From contig JAFGMD010000021.1 of NCBI GenBank assembly GCA_016927685.1, positions 21,913 through 85,912 of the forward strand: a stretch of 64,000 nt of DNA, written 5' to 3'. The stretch is from Candidatus Falkowbacteria bacterium. Lineage in GTDB: Bacteria > Patescibacteriota > Patescibacteriia > CAIXNZ01. This document shows positions 19,689 through 30,009 of the stretch, one piece after another. The translations under genes and the position numbers were made by a program. Each line of letters starts with the position of its first letter. Position 1 is the first letter of the stretch. The notes below the pieces were generated by a model. It did no database searches and was not told the DNA's origin. It saw only the letters and a program-made list of their open reading frames with translations.

Positions 19689-20018
19689 TTAAATTCTCTT
19701 TCTCCCATTCTTCTTTCTTAGAATTTTAATGGATATGATGTGTCGGATATTTACTGCTTTAATGCATAAATGAGTTTTAGGATCCTTAATGGCAATAATT
19801 TTGTCAAATTCAATATGCGGTGATGGTTTGTCGAGCCAGCCATGTCCAATAATGCCTTTTACCATCATGGGCTGGCAATAATCTTCTTGATAACAAATGA
19901 TAGCCAGCTTACTGCGAAATTTGTCAAGAATGGCAATCTTTTTTTGAAACAGTTCCCTGTGAGCCTCTTTAATTTCAGCCATTTCTTTTCTAAAAGAATA
20001 AGATCTGCGCATCTTCAT
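19689..20018 (-). CDS. Hypothetical protein (SD-led cassette)
   Basis: AAGGAGG SD, minus-strand TTGACA near 20081, terminator near 19640-19665. Confidence 0.65.
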   Translation of the reverse strand: MKMRRSYSFRKEMAEIKEAHRELFQKKIAILDKFRSKLAIICYQEDYCQPMMVKGIIGHGWLDKPSPHIEFDKIIAIKDPKTHLCIKAVNIRHIISIKILRKKNGRKRI

Positions 20019-20122
20019 ATTTATTTTCCTCCTTTTTTTAATGTTCAAATTTACTAGAGTTTATTATAAATTCTATGATTTGTCAAGATTGTATAGTATA
20101 ATAATATAAATAATCTAAAATT

Positions 20123-20665
20123 ATGCAAAAAAATAAAACTTATTGGGTAATTTTGCTGTTTATCTCCATTTTATTTTTAGATATGTTGATTATGTATTTT
20201 ATTTATAGCAAAAAGCCCTCGGCTTATATTATTACTCAAGATGCTGCCATTCCATTAACTCTAAGCTCTGAAATTAAAAATAGTAATTTTAATACACAGC
20301 TTTATTATTATACAGTAACCCCAAATGAGATAAAATTTTATGATTTGGCAGGTAATTTATTAATGGATAAAAAAGGGAAATATAGTATATTTGGGATTTA
20401 TGATCAAGCAGGTAACTATTTAGTGTCTGAAGATAAATCATTGTTTGTAATTAATCTGCATAAAAAAGAAATGAATGAGATATTAGTTGCCAATAGTAAA
20501 ATTGTTAGCGCAATAGCATCTCCTGAGAATGAATTTATTACTTATGTAATAGAAAATAAAAATAATTACGAAATTTGGCAATATGATTTGGATGCAAGGG
20601 ACAATAAATTTTTAACCTCAATCCCTTCTGAATTTGATATTAATTTACTGGATTGGATAAAATAA
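20123..20665 (+). CDS. Membrane-anchored hypothetical protein
   Basis: N-terminal TM helix, beta-rich remainder. Confidence 0.7.
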   Translation: MQKNKTYWVILLFISILFLDMLIMYFIYSKKPSAYIITQDAAIPLTLSSEIKNSNFNTQLYYYTVTPNEIKFYDLAGNLLMDKKGKYSIFGIYDQAGNYLVSEDKSLFVINLHKKEMNEILVANSKIVSAIASPENEFITYVIENKNNYEIWQYDLDARDNKFLTSIPSEFDINLLDWIK

Positions 20666-20666
20666 T

Positions 20667-21176
20667 ATGTACTTTGTCATTGTCTTGATTTTATTTTTAA
20701 TTTTATGGACCGTAGCTATAGCCGGACTTTCTTTTGCGCCGTGGGTTCCTTCAAAAAAACATGATTTTGAAAGAATATTTAAATTAGCAAATTTAAAGCC
20801 AGGTGAAATTTTTTATGATCTTGGTTGCGGAACCGGCAAAGTTGTAATTTATGCACATAAAAAATTTAAAGCTAAATCAATCGGACTTGAAATTGCTTTA
20901 CCATTTTATTGCATTTGTAAATGCAAACAAATTTTTAATCCTGGGGTTAATTTTAAATATAAAAATTTATATAAAGAGGATTTGTCCAGGGCAGACGTTA
21001 TATATTTTTTTGGTACTCCAAAAACAATAAATGAAAAATTGAAAGCTAAATTAGAAAGAGAAGTAAAAAAAGGCGCTAGAATTATTTCTTATGTTTTTGC
21101 TATTAATAACTGGTCGCCTGCCGTGGTTAGTAAGCCAGACGATAGCGCAGTACCCATTTACCTTTATCTTAGATAA
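20667..21176 (+). CDS. Class I SAM-dependent methyltransferase
   Basis: APWVP, YDLGCGTG, RIISY motifs. Confidence 0.88.
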   Translation: MYFVIVLILFLILWTVAIAGLSFAPWVPSKKHDFERIFKLANLKPGEIFYDLGCGTGKVVIYAHKKFKAKSIGLEIALPFYCICKCKQIFNPGVNFKYKNLYKEDLSRADVIYFFGTPKTINEKLKAKLEREVKKGARIISYVFAINNWSPAVVSKPDDSAVPIYLYLR

Positions 21177-21269
21177 AACTGTTGAAAAATCGCTTGACAA
21201 AAAGTTAAATAATATTTATCATATTTTATATCCTAATAAGGATCCTAATTATTAAGGGTATTGTAAACT

Positions 21270-21428
21270 ATGTTAGACGCTCTATCATTGCTAGATTTAA
21301 GAGTCTTGGCAATGTCTGATGAAGAAGAGGGAGAAGAAATGGATGAAGAAACAGAAGAAGAGGGTGAGGAAGAAGAAGAGGGTGAGGAAGAAGAAGTTGA
21401 GGGTGATGACGAAGAAGAGGCCATGTAA
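21270..21428 (+). CDS. 52-aa hyper-acidic small protein (not in ORF track)
   Basis: MLDALSLLDLRVLAMSDEEEGEEMDEETEEEGEEEEEGEEEEVEGDDEEEAM; TTGACA upstream, terminator downstream. Confidence 0.75.
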   Translation: MLDALSLLDLRVLAMSDEEEGEEMDEETEEEGEEEEEGEEEEVEGDDEEEAM

Positions 21429-21538
21429 AAAGTAGTGTTTTATATAAAAAAGGGTAAAATTATGCCCTTTTTTATTTTTGCTTTATTCACTAATTTTTGT
21501 TAAGCTTAATATTAAGTTTAATCTTATTTTTAAAAAAT

Positions 21539-22147
21539 ATGCAAAAAATTCTTAAAATTATATATATTATAATCGGCTCCGTTATTGTGGTCGCTATTTT
21601 AATAATGTCAGGTTTGCAAATAAATAAAATTATTTTTGACAAACAACTTAATCAGGCGAAAGAGCAAGTTAAAAATTATAATGCATATAAGTTTGGCGCG
21701 GGAGAGTATAATAAATTAAAAAAGAGCGAAAAAAATGAAGTATATTATTATGCAGCTGATGGCAAAAGATATGTCTTTCCGGATACAAATACTTATCAAT
21801 CGTGGTTTGGCCCAATATCAATAGAAGATCTTAATACTTATGATTTATTGAAATTATATGAAACTCCCCTGGGTGGGAATGTAACGTGCAGACCAGGCAC
21901 CTTACTAAAAACCATTACAGACCCAAATACTTATATTGTTATTGGAAATGGTCATATCAAAGCTGTTGATAATAAGATTTTAGATCAAGTATTTGATAAA
22001 AATTGGCAAAAAAATGTTATTGATATTGCTAATTATTATTTTACAAATTATAAAGTGGATAAACCTATAGAAAATTTATCTGAATTTCCAGAAATACCCT
22101 TAAGTATAACGATAGATCAAGATAAAGATCTAAAAAATGATAAATAA
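21539..22147 (+). CDS. Membrane-anchored protein with CPR surface beta-repeat
   Basis: VYYYAADGKRYVFP..TY.SWF and RPGTLLK..DP..Y motifs. Confidence 0.8.
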   Translation: MQKILKIIYIIIGSVIVVAILIMSGLQINKIIFDKQLNQAKEQVKNYNAYKFGAGEYNKLKKSEKNEVYYYAADGKRYVFPDTNTYQSWFGPISIEDLNTYDLLKLYETPLGGNVTCRPGTLLKTITDPNTYIVIGNGHIKAVDNKILDQVFDKNWQKNVIDIANYYFTNYKVDKPIENLSEFPEIPLSITIDQDKDLKNDK

Positions 22148-23297
22148 AATAAAAACCTTCTTGCTTATTATTTTTAATATTTTCCTGCTGACCATAATCG
22201 TCACTGTAATTTTTTATTCTTCAAAAAACACCCAGATATTGGCACAAAATGATAAGTATGCCCTTAATTTTACTACAGATTTTTCTTATAAAGGGGAGAT
22301 AAAAACAATTACTAAGCGTGAGAAGGTAAAAGAAAAAGAAATTCGTGGATTATACTTAACTTCATATTCAGGCGGAAATGGTGCGAAGATAGATGAAATA
22401 ATAAATGCCATAAAAGGTAGCCAACTTAATGCTGTTGTTATTGATATAAAAGATTATTCTGGCCAGATTTCTTACGATAGCAATATTCCATTAATAAATG
22501 AATTGCAAACAGATCGAAATACAATTAAAAACATCTCTGCATTGATTAAAAAATTACATGATAATGGCATTTATGTCATTGCCAGACAAACCGTATTTCA
22601 GGACCCTGAATTGTCTGATAAAAAACCGGAATGGGCAGTAAAAAATAGCGCCACGGGTGGTGTTTGGCGCGACAATAAGGGTTTGGCTTGGCTGGATCCG
22701 ACAATTAAAGAAAATTGGGTTTATAATTTGGATATTGCAAAAGAATCAATTGGGTTGGGCTTTGATGAAATAAATTTTGATTATATAAGATTTCCATCGG
22801 ATGGCAAAATGGCTTTGATGAAATTTGCTAATTTAGGCAATACAACAAAAGCCACTGTTATGAGAAATTTTTTTCAATTTTTATATGATAATCTGAAAGA
22901 TGAGCCCGCCTATATTTCCGGAGATTTATTTGGTTTTACCACGGAAAGAGATGATGATATGCAAATTGGCCAGCAAATAGAAGATGCGGCTGCTTATTTT
23001 GATTATGTTTGCCCTATGGTTTATCCATCTCATTATCCATATGGTCATTTAAATTTTGAAAATCCCGCAGCTCATCCCTATGAAGTAGTTAAAATGGCCC
23101 TCGTAAAAGGCGAAGAAAGTTTAAACAAAGTAGAGGGGATTAGAGCAAAAATTAGACCCTGGCTTCAGGCCTTTGATATGGGAGCTGATTATACGCCAGC
23201 CATGATTGATTTGCAGATTACAGCAGCAGCTGAAGCTGGTAGTTATGGCTATATGCTCTGGAATGCCAGAAATGTTTATGATTATATTCCTAAATAA
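22137..23297 (+). CDS. Putative glycoside hydrolase (DUF4015/YngK-like)
   Basis: NAVVIDIKD, GFDEINFDYIRFP, PMVYPSHY, RPWLQAF. Confidence 0.88.
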   Translation: MINKIKTFLLIIFNIFLLTIIVTVIFYSSKNTQILAQNDKYALNFTTDFSYKGEIKTITKREKVKEKEIRGLYLTSYSGGNGAKIDEIINAIKGSQLNAVVIDIKDYSGQISYDSNIPLINELQTDRNTIKNISALIKKLHDNGIYVIARQTVFQDPELSDKKPEWAVKNSATGGVWRDNKGLAWLDPTIKENWVYNLDIAKESIGLGFDEINFDYIRFPSDGKMALMKFANLGNTTKATVMRNFFQFLYDNLKDEPAYISGDLFGFTTERDDDMQIGQQIEDAAAYFDYVCPMVYPSHYPYGHLNFENPAAHPYEVVKMALVKGEESLNKVEGIRAKIRPWLQAFDMGADYTPAMIDLQITAAAEAGSYGYMLWNARNVYDYIPK

Positions 23298-23360
23298 TAT
23301 TGACAATTTTAAATAAACAGAATAAGGTCAAGTATAGTTCTGATAAAAAGGAGGGTGAAA

Positions 23361-23597
23361 ATGAATTCATGCTTATTCCTATTGCCGATTGGATATTTGG
23401 TGCTCGGAGCATTGATTTATTTAAGCTGGCTGTTCTCTGAATTAAAGATGGGTACAAAATTTCTGGAAAATGGAGAAAAACAGACAATCAAGCTATTTGT
23501 CGGAGTAATTTTCTGGCAAGTTATTATCTCTATTCTTTTCTGTTTTTTTTGGCCACTATATCTTCTACTCTATCTCTTATCTTACGATCCAGCCTAA
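23361..23597 (+). CDS. Small two-TM membrane protein (SD-led cassette)
   Basis: TTGACA at 23300; AGGAGG SD. Confidence 0.65.
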   Translation: MNSCLFLLPIGYLVLGALIYLSWLFSELKMGTKFLENGEKQTIKLFVGVIFWQVIISILFCFFWPLYLLLYLLSYDPA

Positions 23598-23609
23598 AAG
23601 GAGGAGAAA

Positions 23610-23927
23610 ATGCTCACAGTAGAAAGAATCGCGAGAATCAGGGTTTGCGGCGATAATGTAGAACTTTATCAGCAAAAGTCGCCGCCAAGGTTTGATGGTC
23701 CAGGTTTTATTGTCTGGCGCGACAAAAAGCACCAGATAGCCACGGTCTTGATGAATGGCCTAACTCGCGGTGGAATTGAAGTTGCTGCCAAGGCCTTCAG
23801 AGAAAATGGGATGAATCCCACGAATCTTGTTCTTGAGCAAGATCGTCTGAAACAAGTCGGACACAGTCAAGTCAAACTTACCAGACTTGGAAGAAGCGAA
23901 AAATTCGTATTAAAGATGATGCATTGA
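23610..23927 (+). CDS. Hypothetical protein (SD-led)
   Basis: AAAGGAGG SD; terminator after stop. Confidence 0.7.
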   Translation: MLTVERIARIRVCGDNVELYQQKSPPRFDGPGFIVWRDKKHQIATVLMNGLTRGGIEVAAKAFRENGMNPTNLVLEQDRLKQVGHSQVKLTRLGRSEKFVLKMMH

Positions 23928-24014
23928 CATCTAAATCCCATCCAAATAGGGTGGGATTTTTTATTTAAAAATGGTATAATAAATTCATAATTGTTAATTC
24001 ATAATTAATATAAT

Positions 24015-24734
24015 ATGGCCAAAAAAATAAATAAAAAAGTATCCAAGATTCCAACCCTACCAGGTCCCGGACCCGAGAAAAGAATTTCCTTACAGAAAAT
24101 GTCAGATATTACCTGGCGAATTTTCCGTATCATGTCCGAATTTGTGGAAGGCTTTGAATTCCTTTCTAAGCTAAAAAAAGAAGTGACTATTTTTGGCTCA
24201 GCGCGCTTGGATCACCAAAATCGCTGGTGTAGGGAGGCAGAAAAGCTGGCCAAAATTTTAGTTAAGCATAAATTTACTGTTATTACTGGAGGCGGTCCAG
24301 GCATCATGGAGTCCGCTAATAAAGGCGCTTATAGCATTGATCCGAGCAAATCAGTGGGGATTAATATCCAATTGCCAACCGAACAAAGGATTAATCCTTA
24401 TGTTAAAAAAAGCGTAGGATTATATTATTTCTTTACTCGCAAGGTTATGCTGGCCGCTTCCGCTCAAGCTTACATATTCTTTCCCGGAGGGTACGGCACA
24501 ATTGATGAATTCACAGAAATTCTTTGTCTAATCCAAACCGGTAAAATGCAAAAAACCCCCATGATTTTAGTTGGAAAGGAATTTTGGTCCCCGATGGTTA
24601 ACTGGTTTGAAAAAACAATGGTAAAAAAATATAGGACTGCAAAACCGCAAGATTTAAAATTATTTCATGTGGTTGATACCGCAGAGCAGGCCTTTAAATA
24701 TATCAAGGGGTCACACGAAAGAACAATATTTTAG
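24015..24734 (+). CDS. LOG family (TIGR00730) protein
   Basis: FGSAR, TGGGPGIME, PGGYGTIDE. Confidence 0.92.
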   Translation: MAKKINKKVSKIPTLPGPGPEKRISLQKMSDITWRIFRIMSEFVEGFEFLSKLKKEVTIFGSARLDHQNRWCREAEKLAKILVKHKFTVITGGGPGIMESANKGAYSIDPSKSVGINIQLPTEQRINPYVKKSVGLYYFFTRKVMLAASAQAYIFFPGGYGTIDEFTEILCLIQTGKMQKTPMILVGKEFWSPMVNWFEKTMVKKYRTAKPQDLKLFHVVDTAEQAFKYIKGSHERTIF

Positions 24735-24871
24735 AAAAAAACAATATTATATTTTTTTTAATAAAGCCGCCGAAATCGTTAGATTGAGGCGGTTTTATTA
24801 TTGACATGAAATATATAAACATGCTAATTTAAACTATCAAGGGTTCTTTTAAATTAAAAGGAGGTAATATC

Positions 24872-25675
24872 ATGGCCATGCCAAATGATTTAGTGTTGGT
24901 ACGTCATGGAGAATCAGAGGGAAATGTGATTAAGCACGCACAAGAACAAGACAAAAAGATTAAAATTCCCGCTGCATACTATGAACGTCATTCAACTGAT
25001 TGGAGATTAACCAAATTAGGCGTTAAACAAGCGAAAATGGCTGGAAAATGGTTAAGAGAGAATGTCGATATGCAATTTGATAGATACTATACATCTAGCT
25101 ATAACAGAGCCAAAGAAACAGCCGCGCACTTACAATTGCCAAATGCCCATTGGTTTCCTACGCCATATTTAGGTGAAAGGAATTGGGGCATATTAGATCA
25201 ATATCCAGTAGAAGTCAGAATAAAAAAGTTCCAGGCAGATTTTAAAAGCAAAGAAATAAACGCCTTTTACTGGGCGCCTCCTCGCGGAGAATCAATGGTC
25301 CAAATATGTATGCGGGTTGACCGCGTCCTTGATACATTACATCGTGAATGTGACGGTAAAAGAGTAATAATTGTCTGTCATGGTGAAATTATGTGGGCAT
25401 TTCGCATCAGGATAGAACGCATGACTGTTGAACAATTTTTAGGGCTTGACCAATCAGAAAATCCATTTGACCGTATTAACAATTGCCAGATTATTCATTA
25501 CACCAGAAAAGATCCGCAGAGTAAAAAAGTCACTTCTCACATGGATTGGATGAAATCGGTTTGCCCGACTAATTTAAGTTTATCAAGGAATGAATGGGTA
25601 AAAGTTACGCGGCATTCCTTTACCAACGAAGACCTTTTACAGGAAGCCGAGAAAATTAAGCGGCTTATCAATTAG
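24872..25675 (+). CDS. Histidine phosphatase family protein
   Basis: LVRHGESEGN, RAKETA, GES, VCHG. Confidence 0.9.
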   Translation: MAMPNDLVLVRHGESEGNVIKHAQEQDKKIKIPAAYYERHSTDWRLTKLGVKQAKMAGKWLRENVDMQFDRYYTSSYNRAKETAAHLQLPNAHWFPTPYLGERNWGILDQYPVEVRIKKFQADFKSKEINAFYWAPPRGESMVQICMRVDRVLDTLHRECDGKRVIIVCHGEIMWAFRIRIERMTVEQFLGLDQSENPFDRINNCQIIHYTRKDPQSKKVTSHMDWMKSVCPTNLSLSRNEWVKVTRHSFTNEDLLQEAEKIKRLIN

Positions 25676-25681
25676 AATTCA

Positions 25682-25718
25682 AACCCGCCCGGCTAAAGCC
25701 GAGGCGGGTTTTTTATTT
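25682..25718 (+). terminator. Intrinsic terminator, copy 1 of a 37-bp direct repeat
   Basis: aacccgcccggctaaagccgaggcgggttttttattt. Confidence 0.85.
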
Positions 25719-25781
25719 GACAAACCTCAATTTCAAATGTTAAATTAGGGTATTCGTACTTTGAAAATAAGGAGGTAATAA

Positions 25782-27179
25782 ATGAAATCATATAATGACA
25801 CCGCTAAACAGCTATCCAGAGAAAAAGAACTCGATTTTATATCACAACACCTGCGAAATGAAATTTTAGCACCTCATAACATTAAAGTTGTGTGTCTCGA
25901 ATCCGAAGAACTTCTCGAGATAATTAATGTATTTGATAAATTGGGAGTGCCGAGAAAAAACATAAGGGTTATCGAAAGAAATGAAGAAATAGCAAAAAGA
26001 ATTTATGAAAAAGGTAATGGCGTATGGGTTTACAATTATCTTGATCATCATTTTTTTGCAACCACCCGCGAACAATTCGATATAATCAGTCTTGATTATA
26101 CTGGCAAAAAAAATCAAAGGATTATAGAGAGCATACGATTGATCACTGGGAGAAAATTGTTGAAGAAAAAAGGAATATTAATTATTAACACCTTCTCGGC
26201 TCGCGAAAATCGAGAAAAATTATTCTTAATGCCAGTTGCAAATATGATTGATATTTCTTATTCGAGAACTAACGACAAAAATGTAATTTCGGAAAATGAG
26301 TGTCTAGAAAATGCCCTGAAAGAAATTGAAACATTTAATGAAGGCGGAGCTTCGCTTGAAAGTTCTAGAGATTCTTTTACGGATTTCATAATCGCCAACA
26401 TATTTGACTCTGGATCGACTAAATTCACGGAATTCAATCGCCTTTATCCCCAAGTCAAGGACACTGATGAACTCATAAAGCAAGAATTAGAGAAAATGGA
26501 ATTTTCTGATGCTACGCAGAAAGAAAATGCTCGTTTACTCCTATCAGCCAATCTTCATCGTCGAGAAATGTGCCTTCATCTGGGAAGACTTTTCGGAAAT
26601 TCTGACTATAGAGTAACATGCTTCTTGTATTATGGCCTCAGAGCTATTTTTGAGATGAAATATAAAATTGATGCAATTGAACGCTATAAATATATCAGTT
26701 CAAACGGAGCACCTATGGAATTTGATCTTTATGCATTCAGTGATATCGAAAATCAATTTTCTAGTCTTCGTTCATATTTTTATCTTCAGGATTCAGCGTT
26801 TGGGGGAAAAATTATGCGAGTCAAGAGTGATAAAATCCGCAATTCAAAAAAATGGCAGGAGATAGCGACAAATGTTTACAATGCAAACTTCCTAATAAGG
26901 CTCCCGCCAATCCCTGAAAGGGTTTTTCTGGGTTCATCTGCCAAAAATGGAAAGGAGGATGACGAAATGGCAAGGCCAAAAAAAGTTGAAAAACAACAGG
27001 AAGACTCATCAATCTTGGCGAATATCAAACCCGGTGACACAATAACCAAGGAGCAAGCGATCGAGCTGCTCGATGCTGGCTGGACCGCCAAGCAAATAGC
27101 CAAAATTTTTAAAGGCTTCACTAAAATGCAAATCGCAGCTTTTAAAGCTCATATTACCATGGGGACATATCAAGAGTGA
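25782..27179 (+). CDS. Hypothetical protein with methyltransferase-like N-domain and small C-terminal HTH-like domain
   Basis: IERN.E and FDIISLDY Rossmann-like strands; C-terminal AKQIAK..TKMQIAAFKAHITMGTY. Confidence 0.7.
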   Translation: MKSYNDTAKQLSREKELDFISQHLRNEILAPHNIKVVCLESEELLEIINVFDKLGVPRKNIRVIERNEEIAKRIYEKGNGVWVYNYLDHHFFATTREQFDIISLDYTGKKNQRIIESIRLITGRKLLKKKGILIINTFSARENREKLFLMPVANMIDISYSRTNDKNVISENECLENALKEIETFNEGGASLESSRDSFTDFIIANIFDSGSTKFTEFNRLYPQVKDTDELIKQELEKMEFSDATQKENARLLLSANLHRREMCLHLGRLFGNSDYRVTCFLYYGLRAIFEMKYKIDAIERYKYISSNGAPMEFDLYAFSDIENQFSSLRSYFYLQDSAFGGKIMRVKSDKIRNSKKWQEIATNVYNANFLIRLPPIPERVFLGSSAKNGKEDDEMARPKKVEKQQEDSSILANIKPGDTITKEQAIELLDAGWTAKQIAKIFKGFTKMQIAAFKAHITMGTYQE

Positions 27180-27184
27180 TATTT

Positions 27185-27221
27185 AACCCGCCCGACTAAA
27201 GCCGAGGCGGGTTTTTTATTT
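27185..27221 (+). terminator. Intrinsic terminator, copy 2 of the 37-bp direct repeat
   Basis: One mismatch to 25682-25718. Confidence 0.85.
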
Positions 27222-27247
27222 TGCTAAAATTTTGCTAAAATTAATCT

Positions 27248-28330
27248 ATGTTCAAGAAAAAACAAAAAGTTGCGATTGCTATGAGCGGAGGAGTTGATTC
27301 TTCAGTTGCCGCCGCATTACTAAAAAAACAAGGCCTTGATGTTGTTGGTATTTTTATGCATTTTTGGTCAGACCCTCATTATGCGCCAAAACAAACCATT
27401 GCCAATAAATGCTGTTCAATTGACGCTGAAACAGATGCGCGTCGCGTGGCTGAAAGGCTTAATATTCCGATTTATACGATTAATCTTGATAATAATTTTA
27501 AAAAATACATAGTAGATAATTTTTTAGATGAATATAAAAGGGGCAGGACGCCTAATCCCTGTGTACGCTGTAATCAATTTATTAAATTTGGAGAATTTTG
27601 GATAAAAGCTAAATCTCTGGGCTGTGATTTTATTGCCACGGGCCATTATACTCAAATTAAAAAAGATAAAAACGGATTTCATTTACTTGAAGCCAAAGAT
27701 AAATCTAAAGACCAGTCATATTTTTTGTATCGTTTAAATCAGAAAATTCTATCTCATTGTTTATTTCCTCTTGGCGATTATAAAAAGGAAGAGATCAGAA
27801 AAATCGCGCAAAAATTAAAACTGCCAGTTTTTGCGAAAAAGGACTCGCAAGAAGTTTGCTTTATAAAAGAAAAAACGCCAGCAGAATTTTTAAAGAGGTA
27901 TTTAAAACCTCGAATGGGGGAGATAATTACGACTGGAGGCAAGGTTATGGGCAAACATCTTGGCTTGCCATATTATACAATCGGCCAAAGAAAGGGTTTG
28001 GGTTTAAGCGGAGGTCCTTGGTACGTTATTAATCTTAATGTTCAAAAAAATCAACTAATCATAACTGATGATCCGGGACATTCAGTGCTTTTTAATGATA
28101 TAATGTATGTATCGCAAATAAATTGGATAAACAATATTCCCAAAATGCCGGTTAAGGTTGAAATAAAAATCCGTTCTATGAATAAAAAACAATCGGGAAT
28201 CATTAGAAAAGAAAAAAATAGTTATCAAATTAAATTTAAAAATAAACAAAGGGCCATCACGCCTGGCCAATCAGCTGTTTTTTATAAAAAAGATGAAGTG
28301 CTCGGTGGTGGCATAATTATAAAAAAATGA
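27248..28330 (+). CDS. mnmA: tRNA 2-thiouridylase
   Basis: MSGGVDSS, TPNPC..CN, ATGHY, KDQSYFL, TPGQSAVFY. Confidence 0.97.
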   Translation: MFKKKQKVAIAMSGGVDSSVAAALLKKQGLDVVGIFMHFWSDPHYAPKQTIANKCCSIDAETDARRVAERLNIPIYTINLDNNFKKYIVDNFLDEYKRGRTPNPCVRCNQFIKFGEFWIKAKSLGCDFIATGHYTQIKKDKNGFHLLEAKDKSKDQSYFLYRLNQKILSHCLFPLGDYKKEEIRKIAQKLKLPVFAKKDSQEVCFIKEKTPAEFLKRYLKPRMGEIITTGGKVMGKHLGLPYYTIGQRKGLGLSGGPWYVINLNVQKNQLIITDDPGHSVLFNDIMYVSQINWINNIPKMPVKVEIKIRSMNKKQSGIIRKEKNSYQIKFKNKQRAITPGQSAVFYKKDEVLGGGIIIKK

Positions 28331-29493
28331 ATGGGTTATCAGTAAAACAAAAAATGCAAGGATTATTAGCAATTGCTTTTTTAATAGCGCTTAATTTTGC
28401 TTTTTTTGCATATGTTGAATCTACGTTCTTGAATCAATTCTTTACCCTAGAATTTATTGGTATTGTATTTTTTGTATCATATTTGATTACATTTTTCGCT
28501 ATAAACAAGTATCCGGATTTTATTACTAGATTTAATAATTACCATACAATTATTTTTTCTATCATTTTAGAAATTATCAGCATTGTTATTTTTCTTTTTT
28601 TCCAAAATCCAATTTTAGTAATCATAGGGTTCGTATTGTATATTGTCTCAACAAATTTGATTTGGATTAATTTTGATATATTTCTTGAGGCCTATACGTC
28701 AGATTCTGCTACCGGTAAAATCAGGGGGATATATTATACAATTCATAATCTTGGCTGGGTATGCGCGCCTTTTTTTGCTGGCAGCATATTACAAAACATC
28801 GGGTTTGATTGGATTTTTTATTGTGTAATTTTATTAGCCATATTACTTTTGGCTATTATTAAATTTATTTTTTCCAGTTTTAGAGTTAAATATGAAAGAA
28901 ACCATTTTAGTCTGAAAAGTACTGTTATTTCTGTAGTAAGGGATAGGAATATGGAAAGAATATTTTTTATTGCTATGCTTTTGCAGGTATTTTATGCAAC
29001 TATGGTAGTATATATGCCCATATATTTAAACCAATATATGGGACTTAATTGGTCTCAAATCGGCTTGATTTTTATGATAATGCTTTTGCCATTTATATTT
29101 TTGCAATATCCTGCTGGCTATCTGGCAGATAAATTTTGGGGCGAGAAAGAAATGCTTACTGCCGGCTTGGTAATTATGGCTATAAGTTCAATAAGTGTCT
29201 TTTTTATTGAAAGCAATAGTATGCTTCTTTGGGCATTTATTCTATTTTTTAGCAGAATTGGCGCCAGCATAACTGAAATAATGAGAGATACTTATTTTTT
29301 CAAAAAAGTAGATGTTGAGAATATTCATATAATAAATGCTTTCCGTTCTACAACTCCCTTGGCTTATATAATAGTGCCTATTTTTTCTAGTATTTTGCTT
29401 TATTTCTTGCCATTTAATTATATTTTTTTAATTTTAGGATTGTTTATAACCAGCGGGCTGACTTTTTCATTGACATTGAGAGATACAAAATAA
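28327..29493 (+). CDS. MFS transporter
   Basis: About 12 TM segments; GYLADKFWG loop motif. Confidence 0.85.
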   Translation: MNGLSVKQKMQGLLAIAFLIALNFAFFAYVESTFLNQFFTLEFIGIVFFVSYLITFFAINKYPDFITRFNNYHTIIFSIILEIISIVIFLFFQNPILVIIGFVLYIVSTNLIWINFDIFLEAYTSDSATGKIRGIYYTIHNLGWVCAPFFAGSILQNIGFDWIFYCVILLAILLLAIIKFIFSSFRVKYERNHFSLKSTVISVVRDRNMERIFFIAMLLQVFYATMVVYMPIYLNQYMGLNWSQIGLIFMIMLLPFIFLQYPAGYLADKFWGEKEMLTAGLVIMAISSISVFFIESNSMLLWAFILFFSRIGASITEIMRDTYFFKKVDVENIHIINAFRSTTPLAYIIVPIFSSILLYFLPFNYIFLILGLFITSGLTFSLTLRDTK

Positions 29494-29536
29494 ATAAAAA
29501 TACACCCCAATCAAGGGGTGTTTTTTTATTTAAAAA

Positions 29537-29938
29537 TTATTTAATTACCCAGGAAGGCAAAATAGTGAAATTTAGATTAATTTTAAAAACATCAAAATAA
29601 GCAAGAATAATAATTAATACAGTGTAAATTAGAGTGATTAATGCTTGTTTCCAAAGCGTTTCTTTTTCTTCTGATTTGCCAGTAATGCTATAATGAATCA
29701 TTAAAAATCCTAATAAATTAGTTAAAAAGTATCCGACAATAAATAAAATTATAAAAAACCAGCGAGGGATCAAAATAAAAATATGAATTATTCTGCCCAC
29801 TGCATAGGCAAATCCGTAAGCAAGGGGAAAATTGATAAAAATATCATTCCACCAGGAAAGGGGAGATAGTAAAAATCCTATAACAGCCAGCGTGCCCCTT
29901 TTAAGCCAAGTTGTAATTTTAAAATATTGTTCAGCCAT
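29537..29938 (-). CDS. Membrane protein
   Basis: GFLLSPLSWWNDIFINFP motif; hydrophobic. Confidence 0.75.
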   Translation of the reverse strand: MAEQYFKITTWLKRGTLAVIGFLLSPLSWWNDIFINFPLAYGFAYAVGRIIHIFILIPRWFFIILFIVGYFLTNLLGFLMIHYSITGKSEEKETLWKQALITLIYTVLIIILAYFDVFKINLNFTILPSWVIK

Positions 29939-30009
29939 AAATAAATTATAACCAAAAATTTCTAAAAGAAAAAGGGCCTGGTCTAAAACCAAGCCCATTT
30001 TTTTAAATT

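Noticed and set aside
23610-27179. Alternative genetic code (TGA=Gly) as in Gracilibacteria
   Set aside because: Conserved genes are intact under code 11, and TGA stops at 23927 and 27179 are followed directly by terminators
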